Source: Flavobacteriaceae bacterium (GTDB lineage Bacteria > Bacteroidota > Bacteroidia > Flavobacteriales > Flavobacteriaceae). From it: a stretch of DNA of 38,237 nucleotides. Position numbers and translations under genes: made by a program. The notes beneath the pieces were generated by a model. The model was given only the letters and a program-made list of their open reading frames with translations, was not told the origin of the DNA and ran no database searches. Numbering within the stretch: the first letter of the stretch is position 1; every line of letters begins with the position of its first letter. This document shows positions 19,049-27,795 of the stretch, one piece after another. The stretch lies in the NCBI GenBank assembly GCA_038129925.1, contig JAYPMN010000001.1, positions 1 through 38,237 on the forward strand. The letters run 5' to 3'.

Positions 19049-20113
19049 ATGGGTCTTCATAATTTTAGTGCCGGTCCCTCTATACTACCAAAAGAGGTGA
19101 TGCACCAGGCTGCTGAAGCAGTTAAAGAACTCGAAGGTTCTAAACTTTCTCTAATTGAAATTTCTCACCGAAGTAAAGCCTTTATAGACATCATGGACGA
19201 AGCTTGCGAACGTGCACTGCGACTGACAGATCTAGAAGGCAAAGGGTACAAAGCAATTTTTCTCCAAGGTGGTGCCAGCCTTCAATTTTTGATGGTAGCT
19301 TATAACTTATTAGAAAACAAAGCGGGATATCTCAACACGGGTACTTGGTCTGACAAAGCGATTAAAGAAGCCAAATTGTTCGGTGAAGTAATTGAGATAG
19401 CAAGTTCGAAAGACCAAAATTACAACTATATCCCGAAAGATTATTCCATCCCCACTGGCTTGGATTATCTCCACCTTACAACTAACAATACCATTTTCGG
19501 AACCCAATTTAAATCCATTCCGGAAACGGATGCCCCCCTAGTTGCCGATATGAGTTCAGATATTTTCTCAAGAGCTTTTGATTATTCAAAATTTGACTTG
19601 TTTTACGCTGGAGCACAAAAAAATATGGGCCCAGCAGGTACAACTTTAGTGATTCTGAAAGAGTCTCTTTTAGGAAAAGTCTCTAGAGCCATACCCTCTA
19701 TGATGAGTTATGAAGTCCATACCAGCAAGGACAGTATGTTTAATACACCCCCTGTATTTGCTGTTTATACCTCCATGCTCAACATGCGTTGGATTGAAAC
19801 TCAAGGGGGAATAAAGGCTTTAGGAGATAAAAATTCTGTAAAAGCTACGCTGCTTTATGGAGAAATCGACCGTAATAGTCTTTTTGAAGGTTTTGCTGCT
19901 AAAGAAGACCGGTCCGAGATGAATGCAACTTTTAACCTCAAAGATTCTGAACTTACAGCAGCCTTTGACAGCTTATGCCAAACAGCTGGTATTAGCGGAC
20001 TCAAAGGTCACCGTTCTGTAGGTGGATATCGTGCCTCTATGTATAATGCCATGTCCATTGGAAGTATCGAGACTTTGGTTGATTGTATGCAAATACTAGA
20101 AAAAAAACATTAA
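19049..20113 (+). CDS. serC: 3-phosphoserine/phosphohydroxythreonine aminotransferase
   Basis: 354 aa. NFSAGPSILP at the N-terminus, FLQGGASLQF and the lysine region YAGAQKNMGPAG are typical of SerC. Confidence 0.95.
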   Translation: MGLHNFSAGPSILPKEVMHQAAEAVKELEGSKLSLIEISHRSKAFIDIMDEACERALRLTDLEGKGYKAIFLQGGASLQFLMVAYNLLENKAGYLNTGTWSDKAIKEAKLFGEVIEIASSKDQNYNYIPKDYSIPTGLDYLHLTTNNTIFGTQFKSIPETDAPLVADMSSDIFSRAFDYSKFDLFYAGAQKNMGPAGTTLVILKESLLGKVSRAIPSMMSYEVHTSKDSMFNTPPVFAVYTSMLNMRWIETQGGIKALGDKNSVKATLLYGEIDRNSLFEGFAAKEDRSEMNATFNLKDSELTAAFDSLCQTAGISGLKGHRSVGGYRASMYNAMSIGSIETLVDCMQILEKKH

Positions 20114-20139
20114 GCTTACACAGTAATAATAAAAAAACT

Positions 20140-21090
20140 ATGAAGATATTAGCAAACGACGGCATATCTCAAACCGGTATAGATGCACTAACAGCTGATG
20201 GCTTTGAGGTCATTACAACCAATGTCGCACAAGAACAATTGGTCAACTACATCAACTCCAATGAAATCGTTGGATTATTGGTAAGAAGTGCTACTACTGC
20301 TCGTAAAGAACTTATTGATAAATGTCCGAATCTCAAACTCATAGGACGAGGAGGTGTGGGTATGGACAATATAGACGTTGAATACGCCAAATCAAAAGGG
20401 CTGCATGTTATCAATACGCCAGCAGCTTCCTCTGCCTCTGTAGCTGAATTGGTTTTTGCTCATCTTTATGGAGGAGTACGCTTTTTATACGACGCTAATA
20501 GAAGTATGCCTCTAGAGGGCGAAACCAACTTTAAAGGGCTTAAAAAAGCCTATGCTAAAGGGGTTGAACTTAGAGGGAAGACCCTTGGAATTATTGGTTT
20601 TGGGCGGATCGGGCAAGAGGTTGCTCGGATTGGGCTTGGAATTGGTATGAATGTAATCGCTGCAGACAAGTTTATCGATAAAGCTGCAATTAAAGTTTCT
20701 TTGTTTTCTGGGGCTTCTGTCACTGAAGAAATCAAAACTCAAGATATGGACAGTCTCTTAGAGCAGTCTGATTTTATTAGCTTACACGTTCCTGCACAAA
20801 AAGACTATGTCATCGATAAAGCTGCTTTTTCAAAAATGAAAAAAGGTGCTGCGATTATCAATGCTGCACGTGGTGGTGTACTTGATGAGGTTGCTCTGAT
20901 TGATGCTTTAGACTCAGGGCAACTCTCTTTTGCTGGTCTCGATACTTTTGAAAACGAACCTAAACCAGAGATTAAGCTGCTTATGCATGATAAAATCTCA
21001 CTTACTCCACACATCGGTGCGGCTACTTTAGAAGCTCAAGACCGAATTGGAGAAGAACTCGCTAGTCAGATCGCTTCTTTACTCAAATAA
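20140..21090 (+). CDS. serA: D-3-phosphoglycerate dehydrogenase (short form, no ACT domain)
   Basis: I place the start at ATG 20140 (MKILANDG...). It has the NAD fold GIIGFGRIGQEVA and the catalytic region NAARGG...TPHIGA. It lies directly downstream of serC. Confidence 0.85.
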   Translation: MKILANDGISQTGIDALTADGFEVITTNVAQEQLVNYINSNEIVGLLVRSATTARKELIDKCPNLKLIGRGGVGMDNIDVEYAKSKGLHVINTPAASSASVAELVFAHLYGGVRFLYDANRSMPLEGETNFKGLKKAYAKGVELRGKTLGIIGFGRIGQEVARIGLGIGMNVIAADKFIDKAAIKVSLFSGASVTEEIKTQDMDSLLEQSDFISLHVPAQKDYVIDKAAFSKMKKGAAIINAARGGVLDEVALIDALDSGQLSFAGLDTFENEPKPEIKLLMHDKISLTPHIGAATLEAQDRIGEELASQIASLLK

Positions 21091-21096
21091 AAGCTA

Positions 21097-21426
21097 TTGT
21101 ATTCTAATCGCCTAAAACAAAAATGGAAAATTACTTCTAATTTTCAGTTAGTTGTAGTCTTTATTGTTTTTGGTTTAACGGGTTCCATGAGTGTTAAGGT
21201 TGCTAAACCCATACTTGATTTCTTCAATATACATCCGGAAGCCTTTAGATCCATCTGGGGCGGGGAATTGCTATATTGGATCATCCGAATATTAATCGTT
21301 TTTCCTGCCTACCAAGTTTTACTGCTTTTTTTTGGCACAATCTTCTTTCAATTCAGATTCTTTTGGGAATTTGAAAAGAAAATCCTAAAGCGTATTGGAT
21401 TCAAACGTTTTTTTAAAAAATCCTGA
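21097..21426 (+). CDS. small membrane protein, unknown function
   Basis: 109 aa with a TTG start. No in-frame ATG occurs before residue 30. It has two or three hydrophobic helices and a basic C-terminus, and lies 6 nt after serA. Confidence 0.5.
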   Translation: MYSNRLKQKWKITSNFQLVVVFIVFGLTGSMSVKVAKPILDFFNIHPEAFRSIWGGELLYWIIRILIVFPAYQVLLLFFGTIFFQFRFFWEFEKKILKRIGFKRFFKKS

Positions 21427-21435
21427 GACTTAAGA

Positions 21436-22038
21436 CTAGGATAGTTTTGATTGAATCAGATTCAAAAACTCGTTTCGAGTATCTGTATCTTTAAATACAC
21501 CTCTAAACCCTGAAGTTGTCGTGGTTGAATTTTGCTTTTGTACACCGCGCATCATCATACACATATGAGAAGCCTCTATAACTACAGCAACTCCTTTAGG
21601 TTGAAGTGTATCGTTGATGCAGTCTAATACTTGTTCAGTAAGACGCTCCTGTACTTGTAATCTTCTTGCAAACACATCGATTACACGTGGAATTTTGCTC
21701 AGTCCTACAATTCTTCCGTTTGGAACATAAGCGACATGTGCTTTTCCAAAAAATGGTAAAAGGTGGTGTTCACATAGTGAATAGAGTTCAATCTCTTTGA
21801 CAATGACCATTTCGTTGTAATTCTCCTCAAACATCGCACTTTGAAGAATTTGTTTGGGATCTTGCTCGTAGCCACCTGTTAAAAACTTCATTGCCTTTGA
21901 GGCGCGCTCCGGAGTCTTTAATAAGCCCTCGCGTAATTTATCTTCCCCAAGCAAATGGATAATGTCTTCGTAATTTGTTTTTATTTGCTCTGTTATCGGT
22001 AAGGTTTCGATATCAAAATTATCATTCATAAGATTCAT
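21436..22038 (-). CDS. folE: GTP cyclohydrolase I
   Basis: 200 aa. It has the motifs [12 protein letters not shown] and [12 protein letters not shown]. Its start overlaps the msrA 3' end (17 nt, or 8 nt if Met4 at 22029 is used). Confidence 0.95.
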   Translation of the reverse strand: MNLMNDNFDIETLPITEQIKTNYEDIIHLLGEDKLREGLLKTPERASKAMKFLTGGYEQDPKQILQSAMFEENYNEMVIVKEIELYSLCEHHLLPFFGKAHVAYVPNGRIVGLSKIPRVIDVFARRLQVQERLTEQVLDCINDTLQPKGVAVVIEASHMCMMMRGVQKQNSTTTTSGFRGVFKDTDTRNEFLNLIQSKLS

Positions 22039-22564
22039 TTAAGTGGTTTGAAAAATAGTGTTTTAGTTTTTCCATCTTAGGATGGATTACATAGGAACAA
22101 TAGGGCTGCTCTTGGTTTCGATTGAAATAATTGTGATGCCCCTGCTCCGCTTCATAAAAGGGGGAAGCCTCTTTCAGCTCAGTCACAATCTCATGTTTGA
22201 AAACTGCTTCTTTAGTCAGTTGCTCAATTACCATTTCAGCAATTTCTTTTTGTTCTGAATCGGTAAAATAAATACCGGATCGGTACTGAGTTCCTACGTC
22301 GTTTCCTTGACGGTTTAATGTGGTAGGATCATGGGTATTAAAAAAAATCAAGAGCAAATCAGTCAATTGAACCTGACTCTCATCATACGCAATTGATATT
22401 GCCTCAGTATGACCTGTTCTCCCTGTACAAACTTCACGGTATGCTGGATTTTTAATTTTACCATCAATATAGCCTGGCACGACATTTTGCACACCTTTGA
22501 TTCGCTGAAAAACAGCTTCCGTACACCAAAAACAACCTCCTGCTAAATATATAGTTTTGAGCAA
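22022..22564 (-). CDS. msrA: peptide-methionine (S)-S-oxide reductase
   Basis: It has the GGCFWC active site. The maximal ORF starts at TTG 22588, but that codon lies inside an exact -7 box (22586..22593). I therefore prefer the in-frame TTG at 22564. The start is uncertain by 24 nt. Confidence 0.9.
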   Translation of the reverse strand: MLKTIYLAGGCFWCTEAVFQRIKGVQNVVPGYIDGKIKNPAYREVCTGRTGHTEAISIAYDESQVQLTDLLLIFFNTHDPTTLNRQGNDVGTQYRSGIYFTDSEQKEIAEMVIEQLTKEAVFKHEIVTELKEASPFYEAEQGHHNYFNRNQEQPYCSYVIHPKMEKLKHYFSNHLNESYE

Positions 22565-22585
22565 CTTTTTTTTTAATTTGTTAAA

Positions 22586-22593
22586 CAAATATA
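22586..22593 (-). promoter_or_regulatory. -7 promoter box TATATTTG upstream of msrA-folE
   Basis: Exact TAnnTTTG. It overlaps the maximal-ORF TTG (22588) and lies 21 nt upstream of the alternative TTG 22564. Confidence 0.4.
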
Positions 22594-22718
22594 TAAAAAC
22601 TCGTCTGCATTTAGCAGTCTTGTAGAGTTAATTTATTTCAAATCGTGCTTTTTATTCACTTTTTTTTGAACGTTTGTTTAATCTTAAATATGAATCTGAA
22701 TAGATGGATAAAAAGAAT

Positions 22719-22726
22719 TAAATTTG
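22719..22726 (+). promoter_or_regulatory. -7 promoter box TAAATTTG upstream of the LolD-like/TIGR02757 unit
   Basis: Exact TAnnTTTG only 9 nt upstream of ATG 22736. This implies a leaderless or near-leaderless mRNA. Confidence 0.45.
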
Positions 22727-22735
22727 ATACTTTCT

Positions 22736-23407
22736 ATGAAACCACTATTACAAGCTGTTCGAATTTCTAAAAAATACGGTGAACTCGACGTGTTAAAATC
22801 GATTGATTTAGAGATCAACGAAAAAGAGATTGTCACCATAGTGGGTCCTTCAGGAGCGGGAAAAACAACCTTACTTCATATTTTAGGTACTTTAGATCGA
22901 CCTAATACTGATCCCAATAGTCGTGTATTTTTAAACGGAACTGACACTACCAAACTCGGAGATAAAGAGTTGTCTTTGTTTAGGAATCAAAATATGGGTT
23001 TTATCTTCCAATTCCACGAACTACTCCCCGAGTTTACAGCCATAGAGAATGTCTGCTTACCCACCTGGATTGCTGGTTCAGACACTGAGGAGGCAGAGAA
23101 AAAGGGGTTGGCACTATTAGAACGATTAGGAATTAAGGATAGAGCAAATCACAAGTCTACGCAGCTATCAGGAGGCGAGCAGCAACGTGTAGCTGTAGCC
23201 AGGGCTTTGATCAATGACCCAAAGATCATATTCGCAGATGAACCTAGCGGAAATCTGGATTCAGAAAATGCAGATCAGCTCCACGATTTATTTTTTGAAC
23301 TGCGTGAAGAGCAGCAATGCAGTTTTGTAATTGTCACCCACAACAAAGAGTTAGCCAAAAGAGCAGACCGCAGTATCAGCATTATAGACGGAGCAATAAA
23401 GTATTGA
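22736..23407 (+). CDS. ABC transporter ATP-binding protein, LolD-like
   Basis: I use the ATG at 22736 because the track's TTG at 22724 lies inside the -7 box. It has Walker [10 protein letters not shown], signature LSGGEQQR, Walker B IIFADEP, and the LolD-like [16 protein letters not shown]. Confidence 0.9.
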   Translation: MKPLLQAVRISKKYGELDVLKSIDLEINEKEIVTIVGPSGAGKTTLLHILGTLDRPNTDPNSRVFLNGTDTTKLGDKELSLFRNQNMGFIFQFHELLPEFTAIENVCLPTWIAGSDTEEAEKKGLALLERLGIKDRANHKSTQLSGGEQQRVAVARALINDPKIIFADEPSGNLDSENADQLHDLFFELREEQQCSFVIVTHNKELAKRADRSISIIDGAIKY

Positions 23408-24171
23408 ATTCAGAGCAACTTAAAGATTTTTTAGATCACAAGGCGGCTACCTACGAACAGCCCCAATTTTTGGAACAAGATCCCATTCAAATACCACATC
23501 TCTTTCAGAAAAAAGAGGATATAGAAATCAGTGGTTTTTTGGTATCTTCTATCGCCTGGGGTAATCGACTCAGTATAATCAAAAGCGGAATGCGTATGCT
23601 GGAACTGATGGGTAATGACCCCTACCATTTTGTTATGGAACACAAACCAGCGGATCTAGACTCTATTGATTCTTTTGTACATCGTACTTTTAACAGCACT
23701 GATCTTCGCTATTTTATTAAAGCCTTACGACAACTTTATACCCATCATGGGGGTTTGGAAGCTGCTTTTTCAAAAGTATTAGGCATTCAACGCCTAGATC
23801 AAAACATACACGAATTCAGAAATTCTTTTTTTGAATTAAAACATGAAAAGCGAACTGAAAAGCACGTCGCAGACCCCTTCAAAGGTTCAGCTGCTAAGCG
23901 CATCAATATGTTTTTAAGATGGATGGTTAGAGATGCTAAAAACGGAGTGGATTTTGGTCTTTGGAAAAGCCTATCTCCTGCTCAACTTTCTTGTCCGCTT
24001 GATGTTCACAGCGGAAACGTTGCTAGAAGTCTGGGTTTACTAAAACGCAAACAAAACGATCAGAAAGCAGTTGAGGAACTGGATTTAAGTCTTCGGAGAT
24101 TTGACTCTAAAGACCCTGTAAAGTATGATTATGCCCTGTTTGGTTTGGGGGTATTTGAAGGGATGAAATAG
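23404..24171 (+). CDS. TIGR02757 (DUF2400) family protein, unknown function
   Basis: It has conserved blocks FLRWMVR, PLDVH and DPVKYDYALFGLG. The likely start is TTG 23404, overlapping the upstream TGA (TTGA). The 87-nt upstream extension in the track lies inside the ABC gene. Confidence 0.7.
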   Translation: MNSEQLKDFLDHKAATYEQPQFLEQDPIQIPHLFQKKEDIEISGFLVSSIAWGNRLSIIKSGMRMLELMGNDPYHFVMEHKPADLDSIDSFVHRTFNSTDLRYFIKALRQLYTHHGGLEAAFSKVLGIQRLDQNIHEFRNSFFELKHEKRTEKHVADPFKGSAAKRINMFLRWMVRDAKNGVDFGLWKSLSPAQLSCPLDVHSGNVARSLGLLKRKQNDQKAVEELDLSLRRFDSKDPVKYDYALFGLGVFEGMK

Positions 24172-24180
24172 GTTAATAGA

Positions 24181-24205
24181 AAAGCTATAGACTTGTATAG
24201 CTTTG
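24181..24205 (+). promoter_or_regulatory. 9-bp perfect inverted repeat AAAGCTATA-gacttg-TATAGCTTT overlapping -7 box TAGCTTTG of the Nramp-pxp unit
   Basis: The arms are at 24181..24189 and 24196..24204. The -7 box at 24198..24205 is 32 nt upstream of ATG 24238. The element starts 10 nt after the TIGR02757 stop. Confidence 0.45.
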
Positions 24206-24237
24206 TTTAGTAAGCTACCTTTAACACAAAACCCCTG

Positions 24238-25464
24238 ATGTTTAGACGTTTTTTAAAAAATTTTGGTCCGGGTCCCTTAGTGGCAGCAGCCTTTATCGGT
24301 CCTGGAACGGTAACACTCTGTACTTTAGTAGGGGTAGCATTTGGCTTCCAACTGCTTTGGGCTATTATTTTATCGATTGGTGCAGCAATTGTTCTTCAAG
24401 GTATGGCAGTTCGGATTGGAATCATAGGCAGAAAAAGTATCATTGAAGTACTTAGGGAAGAAATTAAGATCCCTTGGGCACGTAACTTTGTATTAATTCT
24501 CATTTTTGGGGCCATAATGATTGGTAATACAGCATACGAAGCAGGAAACATTAGTGGTGCTGCTTTGGGTTTAGAAACTTTAATCGGCAGCTTTAGTTTT
24601 CAAAGCTCAGTCATAAATCTCAAACTTTACCCTATCCTCATCGGTCTGATCGCTTCAACATTACTTTTGATAGGGAAATACAAACTTCTTGAACGTAGCC
24701 TTATTTTTTTGGTAGTCATTATGAGCTTGTCTTTCTTGGTCACTGCTATTGCTACAAGGCCCTCGCTTGCTCAAATTTTTTCGGGACTTTTCTGGTTTTC
24801 AACTCCTAAATCTAGCTTATTGAGTATCATAGGATTGGTAGGCACCACCATAGTACCCTATAATTTGTTTCTACACACTGAATTAGTTCGCGAAAAATGG
24901 ATAACAAAAGCAGATCTTCCGTTTGCTATAAAAGATATGTTGATTGCGTTAACTCTTGGAGGATTGATATCCATCAGCATTATCATAACGGCTGCGGGTG
25001 TGGAGGCGACAACAATAAATAACGCTGTAGATTTAGCTTTGGGCTTGGCTCCCATTTTTGGTGATGGAGCTAAATATTTACTTTCAATCGGCTTATTTGC
25101 AGCTGGAATTACAAGTTCTATCACTGCTCCTTTGGCGGCAGCTTATGTGGTTTGCGGGTGTTTTGGCTGGAGTACGGATTTAACTTCCCGCTCTTTTCAA
25201 CGCAGTTGGGCAATTGTCATACTTTTCGGAATGTTACTTGCTTCTACCGGTCTAAAGTTTATACTGATCATCCAATTTGCTCAAATCGCCAATGGCATAC
25301 TGCTCCCCATAATTGCAGCTATTCTTTTATGGATAATGAATAAAGCTTCTTGGTTGGGTAAATCAAAAAATAATTGGTATCAAAATCTATTTGGGTTTTT
25401 GATTGTAATTATTTCTCTATTTTTAAGTGTGAGAACACTGGGTTCAGTATTTCAATTTTTTTAA
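24238..25464 (+). CDS. Nramp family transporter (YcsG-like)
   Basis: 408 aa with about 11 TM segments. It has an Nramp-type N-terminus, GPGPLVAAAFIGPGTVT. It is placed directly upstream of pxpABC, as ycsG is in Bacillus subtilis. Confidence 0.8.
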   Translation: MFRRFLKNFGPGPLVAAAFIGPGTVTLCTLVGVAFGFQLLWAIILSIGAAIVLQGMAVRIGIIGRKSIIEVLREEIKIPWARNFVLILIFGAIMIGNTAYEAGNISGAALGLETLIGSFSFQSSVINLKLYPILIGLIASTLLLIGKYKLLERSLIFLVVIMSLSFLVTAIATRPSLAQIFSGLFWFSTPKSSLLSIIGLVGTTIVPYNLFLHTELVREKWITKADLPFAIKDMLIALTLGGLISISIIITAAGVEATTINNAVDLALGLAPIFGDGAKYLLSIGLFAAGITSSITAPLAAAYVVCGCFGWSTDLTSRSFQRSWAIVILFGMLLASTGLKFILIIQFAQIANGILLPIIAAILLWIMNKASWLGKSKNNWYQNLFGFLIVIISLFLSVRTLGSVFQFF

Positions 25465-26186
25465 TGGATATTAAGTTTAACATCAATGCAGATGTAGGAG
25501 AAGCAATGGGTGACGACACTGGCCTTATGCCTCTTATTCAGGCCTGTAATATTGCCTGTGGCGGACACGCAGGGAATCTACTTGAAATTAAAAAGACCAT
25601 TGAACTTGCAAAAAAACATAATGTACTAATCGGTGCTCATCCCTCGTATCCAGACCCTTCTAATTTTGGGAGGCATTCTTTAAAAATAGATCAAAAAGAG
25701 CTTTACCAAAGTATAGAACAACAACTTTCACTTCTATTTGAACAATTGCCTTTAGAAAAACTAAACCATATCAAACCTCATGGTGCATTGTATCACGACT
25801 GCATACATAAAGAAGAAGTTGCAAGTATATTTTTAGAAGTTGTTGCGTCTGTTAGTTCAGAGGTGATCATTTTTACCTCATCCAAAGGACACTTAGCAAA
25901 ACTCGCTGATAAAAAAGGTATAAAGTATTGGAATGAAGCGTTTATTGACCGTGCCTATGAAGACAACGGACAATTACTCGCTCGGTCAGAGGCTTATTCG
26001 GTTCTCAACGATTCAAGATTAATATCCCAAAGGATTAAAAATCTGATACAAAACAAGGGGGTGTACTCAATTAATGGCAATTGGATTTCTCTAGATGCGA
26101 AAACACTCTGTGTACACGGGGATCATCCAAATGCAGCAAGTTTATTAAAAAGTGCACTGAGCAACTTAGAAATAGGTGATTCATAA
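25464..26186 (+). CDS. pxpA: 5-oxoprolinase subunit A (LamB/YcsF family)
   Basis: The start at ATG 25464 overlaps the Nramp stop (TAATG). It has the motifs INADVGE, NIACGGHAG, HPSYPD and IKPHGALY. Confidence 0.9.
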   Translation: MDIKFNINADVGEAMGDDTGLMPLIQACNIACGGHAGNLLEIKKTIELAKKHNVLIGAHPSYPDPSNFGRHSLKIDQKELYQSIEQQLSLLFEQLPLEKLNHIKPHGALYHDCIHKEEVASIFLEVVASVSSEVIIFTSSKGHLAKLADKKGIKYWNEAFIDRAYEDNGQLLARSEAYSVLNDSRLISQRIKNLIQNKGVYSINGNWISLDAKTLCVHGDHPNAASLLKSALSNLEIGDS

Positions 26187-26188
26187 AA

Positions 26189-26911
26189 ATGGAAAAAGCA
26201 CTTCCTTTTCGTTTTTTTATCACCCATCCAAAGGTGGCTGTCCTCGAATGGGATACGGAAGCTAACCCAAGCCCTCTAAAACAGCTTATTGTATTTCAAG
26301 AAGCCATTTTAAAAGAGTTTAACGAAGTCTCTCAAATCACTCAAGGCTACAGATCCCTTATGCTTTACCACAACTGTGATATTCATTATTTAGAAGACTA
26401 TCCAAACCGTTTGTATTTACTTTTTGATTCCCTTTCCACTTTTTCCTTTACAAAACAGAAAACATGGCAAATACCTGTATGCTACGAAGAGAGTATGGCT
26501 CCTGACATTAAATCACTGGCAAACCAACTCAATATCAGTACAGCAACATTGGTAAGAGAGCACACCTCAGCGAACTATCAAGTCAATTTTATAGGATTCC
26601 TGCCTGGCTTTTTATATTTAAGTGGGTTGCCAAAAGTACTGGAGTGCAGAAGAAAGTCAACACCAATTCCTCGAGTAGACCGAGGGAGTGTCGGCATAGG
26701 TGGAAAGCAGACCGGGATTTATCCTTTAGAAAGCCCCGGCGGATGGCATCTTATCGGGAAAACCCCATGCTCCCTATTTGAACCTAAAAAGAAAAATCCC
26801 TGTTTTGCAAAGGCTGGAGATTCAATTCAATTTCTATCCATTTCAAAATTAGAGTTTTTGAAGCTCGAAAAGCAAAGAGAACACGGAACCCTTAAAATCA
26901 AACCCTTATGA
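26189..26911 (+). CDS. pxpB: 5-oxoprolinase subunit B (KipI / allophanate hydrolase subunit 1 family)
   Basis: 240 aa. It has the cyclophilin-like domain pattern FLPGFLYL...GIGGKQTGIYPLESPGGWHLIG. Confidence 0.85.
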   Translation: MEKALPFRFFITHPKVAVLEWDTEANPSPLKQLIVFQEAILKEFNEVSQITQGYRSLMLYHNCDIHYLEDYPNRLYLLFDSLSTFSFTKQKTWQIPVCYEESMAPDIKSLANQLNISTATLVREHTSANYQVNFIGFLPGFLYLSGLPKVLECRRKSTPIPRVDRGSVGIGGKQTGIYPLESPGGWHLIGKTPCSLFEPKKKNPCFAKAGDSIQFLSISKLEFLKLEKQREHGTLKIKPL

Positions 26912-27753
26912 TTGAGGTTCTCCTGACTGGTATTCACAGCAGTATCCAAGATTTAGGTCGTTTTGGTATCCAAAACACGGGTGTCCCAATTGGTGGTGCA
27001 ATGGATCTAACTGCCATGCAAATGGCAAATAGTCTCCTGAATAATCATAAACAAAGTGCGGTACTTGAAATGTGCTTTAAGGGACCCAAACTACGCTTTC
27101 ACCAATCAACCACTATTGCTCTTGCAGGGGCGGATATGAATGCAAAACTCAACGAAAAACCCATCAATAATTTTAGGGCAATTAAAATCAAAGAAAATGA
27201 TCTCTTGCAGTTTGGTAACGCCCACCATGGAAAACGAACCTATTTGGCAGTTGCGGGGGGATTTAAAAACCCTAAAATACTCAACAGTAGGAGTCAGTAT
27301 CAGGGAATTACGCCAGAAGCAACGATCAGTAAAACCAAATTAATTCCCATTGGCCAAGTCGATCTAAATCTCCAAAAGGGAGCACGTCTTACATTAACAG
27401 AGCCTAATCAAAACGATATCATACCAGTTTATAATGGGCCTGAATTTCATCTACTTCCTAAAAAAGCACAAGATCAACTGGCAAAGCAAGTATTTACTAT
27501 TAGCAATAAAAACTCAAGAATGGCCTATGTTTTAGTGGAAAAACTAGTCCATGAGCTACCCTCTATTTGGACGGCACCTGTGCTTCCCGGTACTATTCAG
27601 TGCACTCCCGACGGCACTTTGGTAATATTAATGCGAGATGCTCAAACTACGGGTGGCTATCCTCGAGTACTACAAGTGAGTGATGAGGGTATAAACAGCT
27701 TGGCGCAAAAGTCCACCAAGGATCAATTTCAGTTTGAGCTAACAAGCTTCTGA
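26908..27753 (+). CDS. pxpC: 5-oxoprolinase subunit C (KipA / allophanate hydrolase subunit 2 family)
   Basis: 281 aa. The start overlaps the pxpB stop (ATGA). It has IQDLGRFG...GVPIGGAMD and DAQTTGGYPRV. Confidence 0.85.
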   Translation: MIEVLLTGIHSSIQDLGRFGIQNTGVPIGGAMDLTAMQMANSLLNNHKQSAVLEMCFKGPKLRFHQSTTIALAGADMNAKLNEKPINNFRAIKIKENDLLQFGNAHHGKRTYLAVAGGFKNPKILNSRSQYQGITPEATISKTKLIPIGQVDLNLQKGARLTLTEPNQNDIIPVYNGPEFHLLPKKAQDQLAKQVFTISNKNSRMAYVLVEKLVHELPSIWTAPVLPGTIQCTPDGTLVILMRDAQTTGGYPRVLQVSDEGINSLAQKSTKDQFQFELTSF

Positions 27754-27771
27754 TGTTTTCAAAATTGTTTA

Positions 27772-27779
27772 TACTTTTG
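27772..27779 (+). promoter_or_regulatory. -7 promoter box TACTTTTG upstream of the DHOase-like gene
   Basis: Exact TAnnTTTG in the 42-nt pxpC/DHOase-like gap, 16 nt upstream of ATG 27796. Confidence 0.45.
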
Positions 27780-27795
27780 TACGGATCTGATTTAA

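Noticed and set aside
18907-19062. A 51-aa ORF (MKLQSNFFYPLNGNAGVNNSNKKNSPK...) in the 151-nt gap upstream of serC. The same gap has a 9-bp direct repeat ACAGTCCAA (about 18917 and 18979).
   Set aside because: The ORF runs out of frame into the serC start and is Asn/Lys-rich low complexity. It has no promoter box. The 9-mer repeat is short enough to be chance. I also found only a one-mismatch -7 box (AATATTTG, about 19011) for serC.
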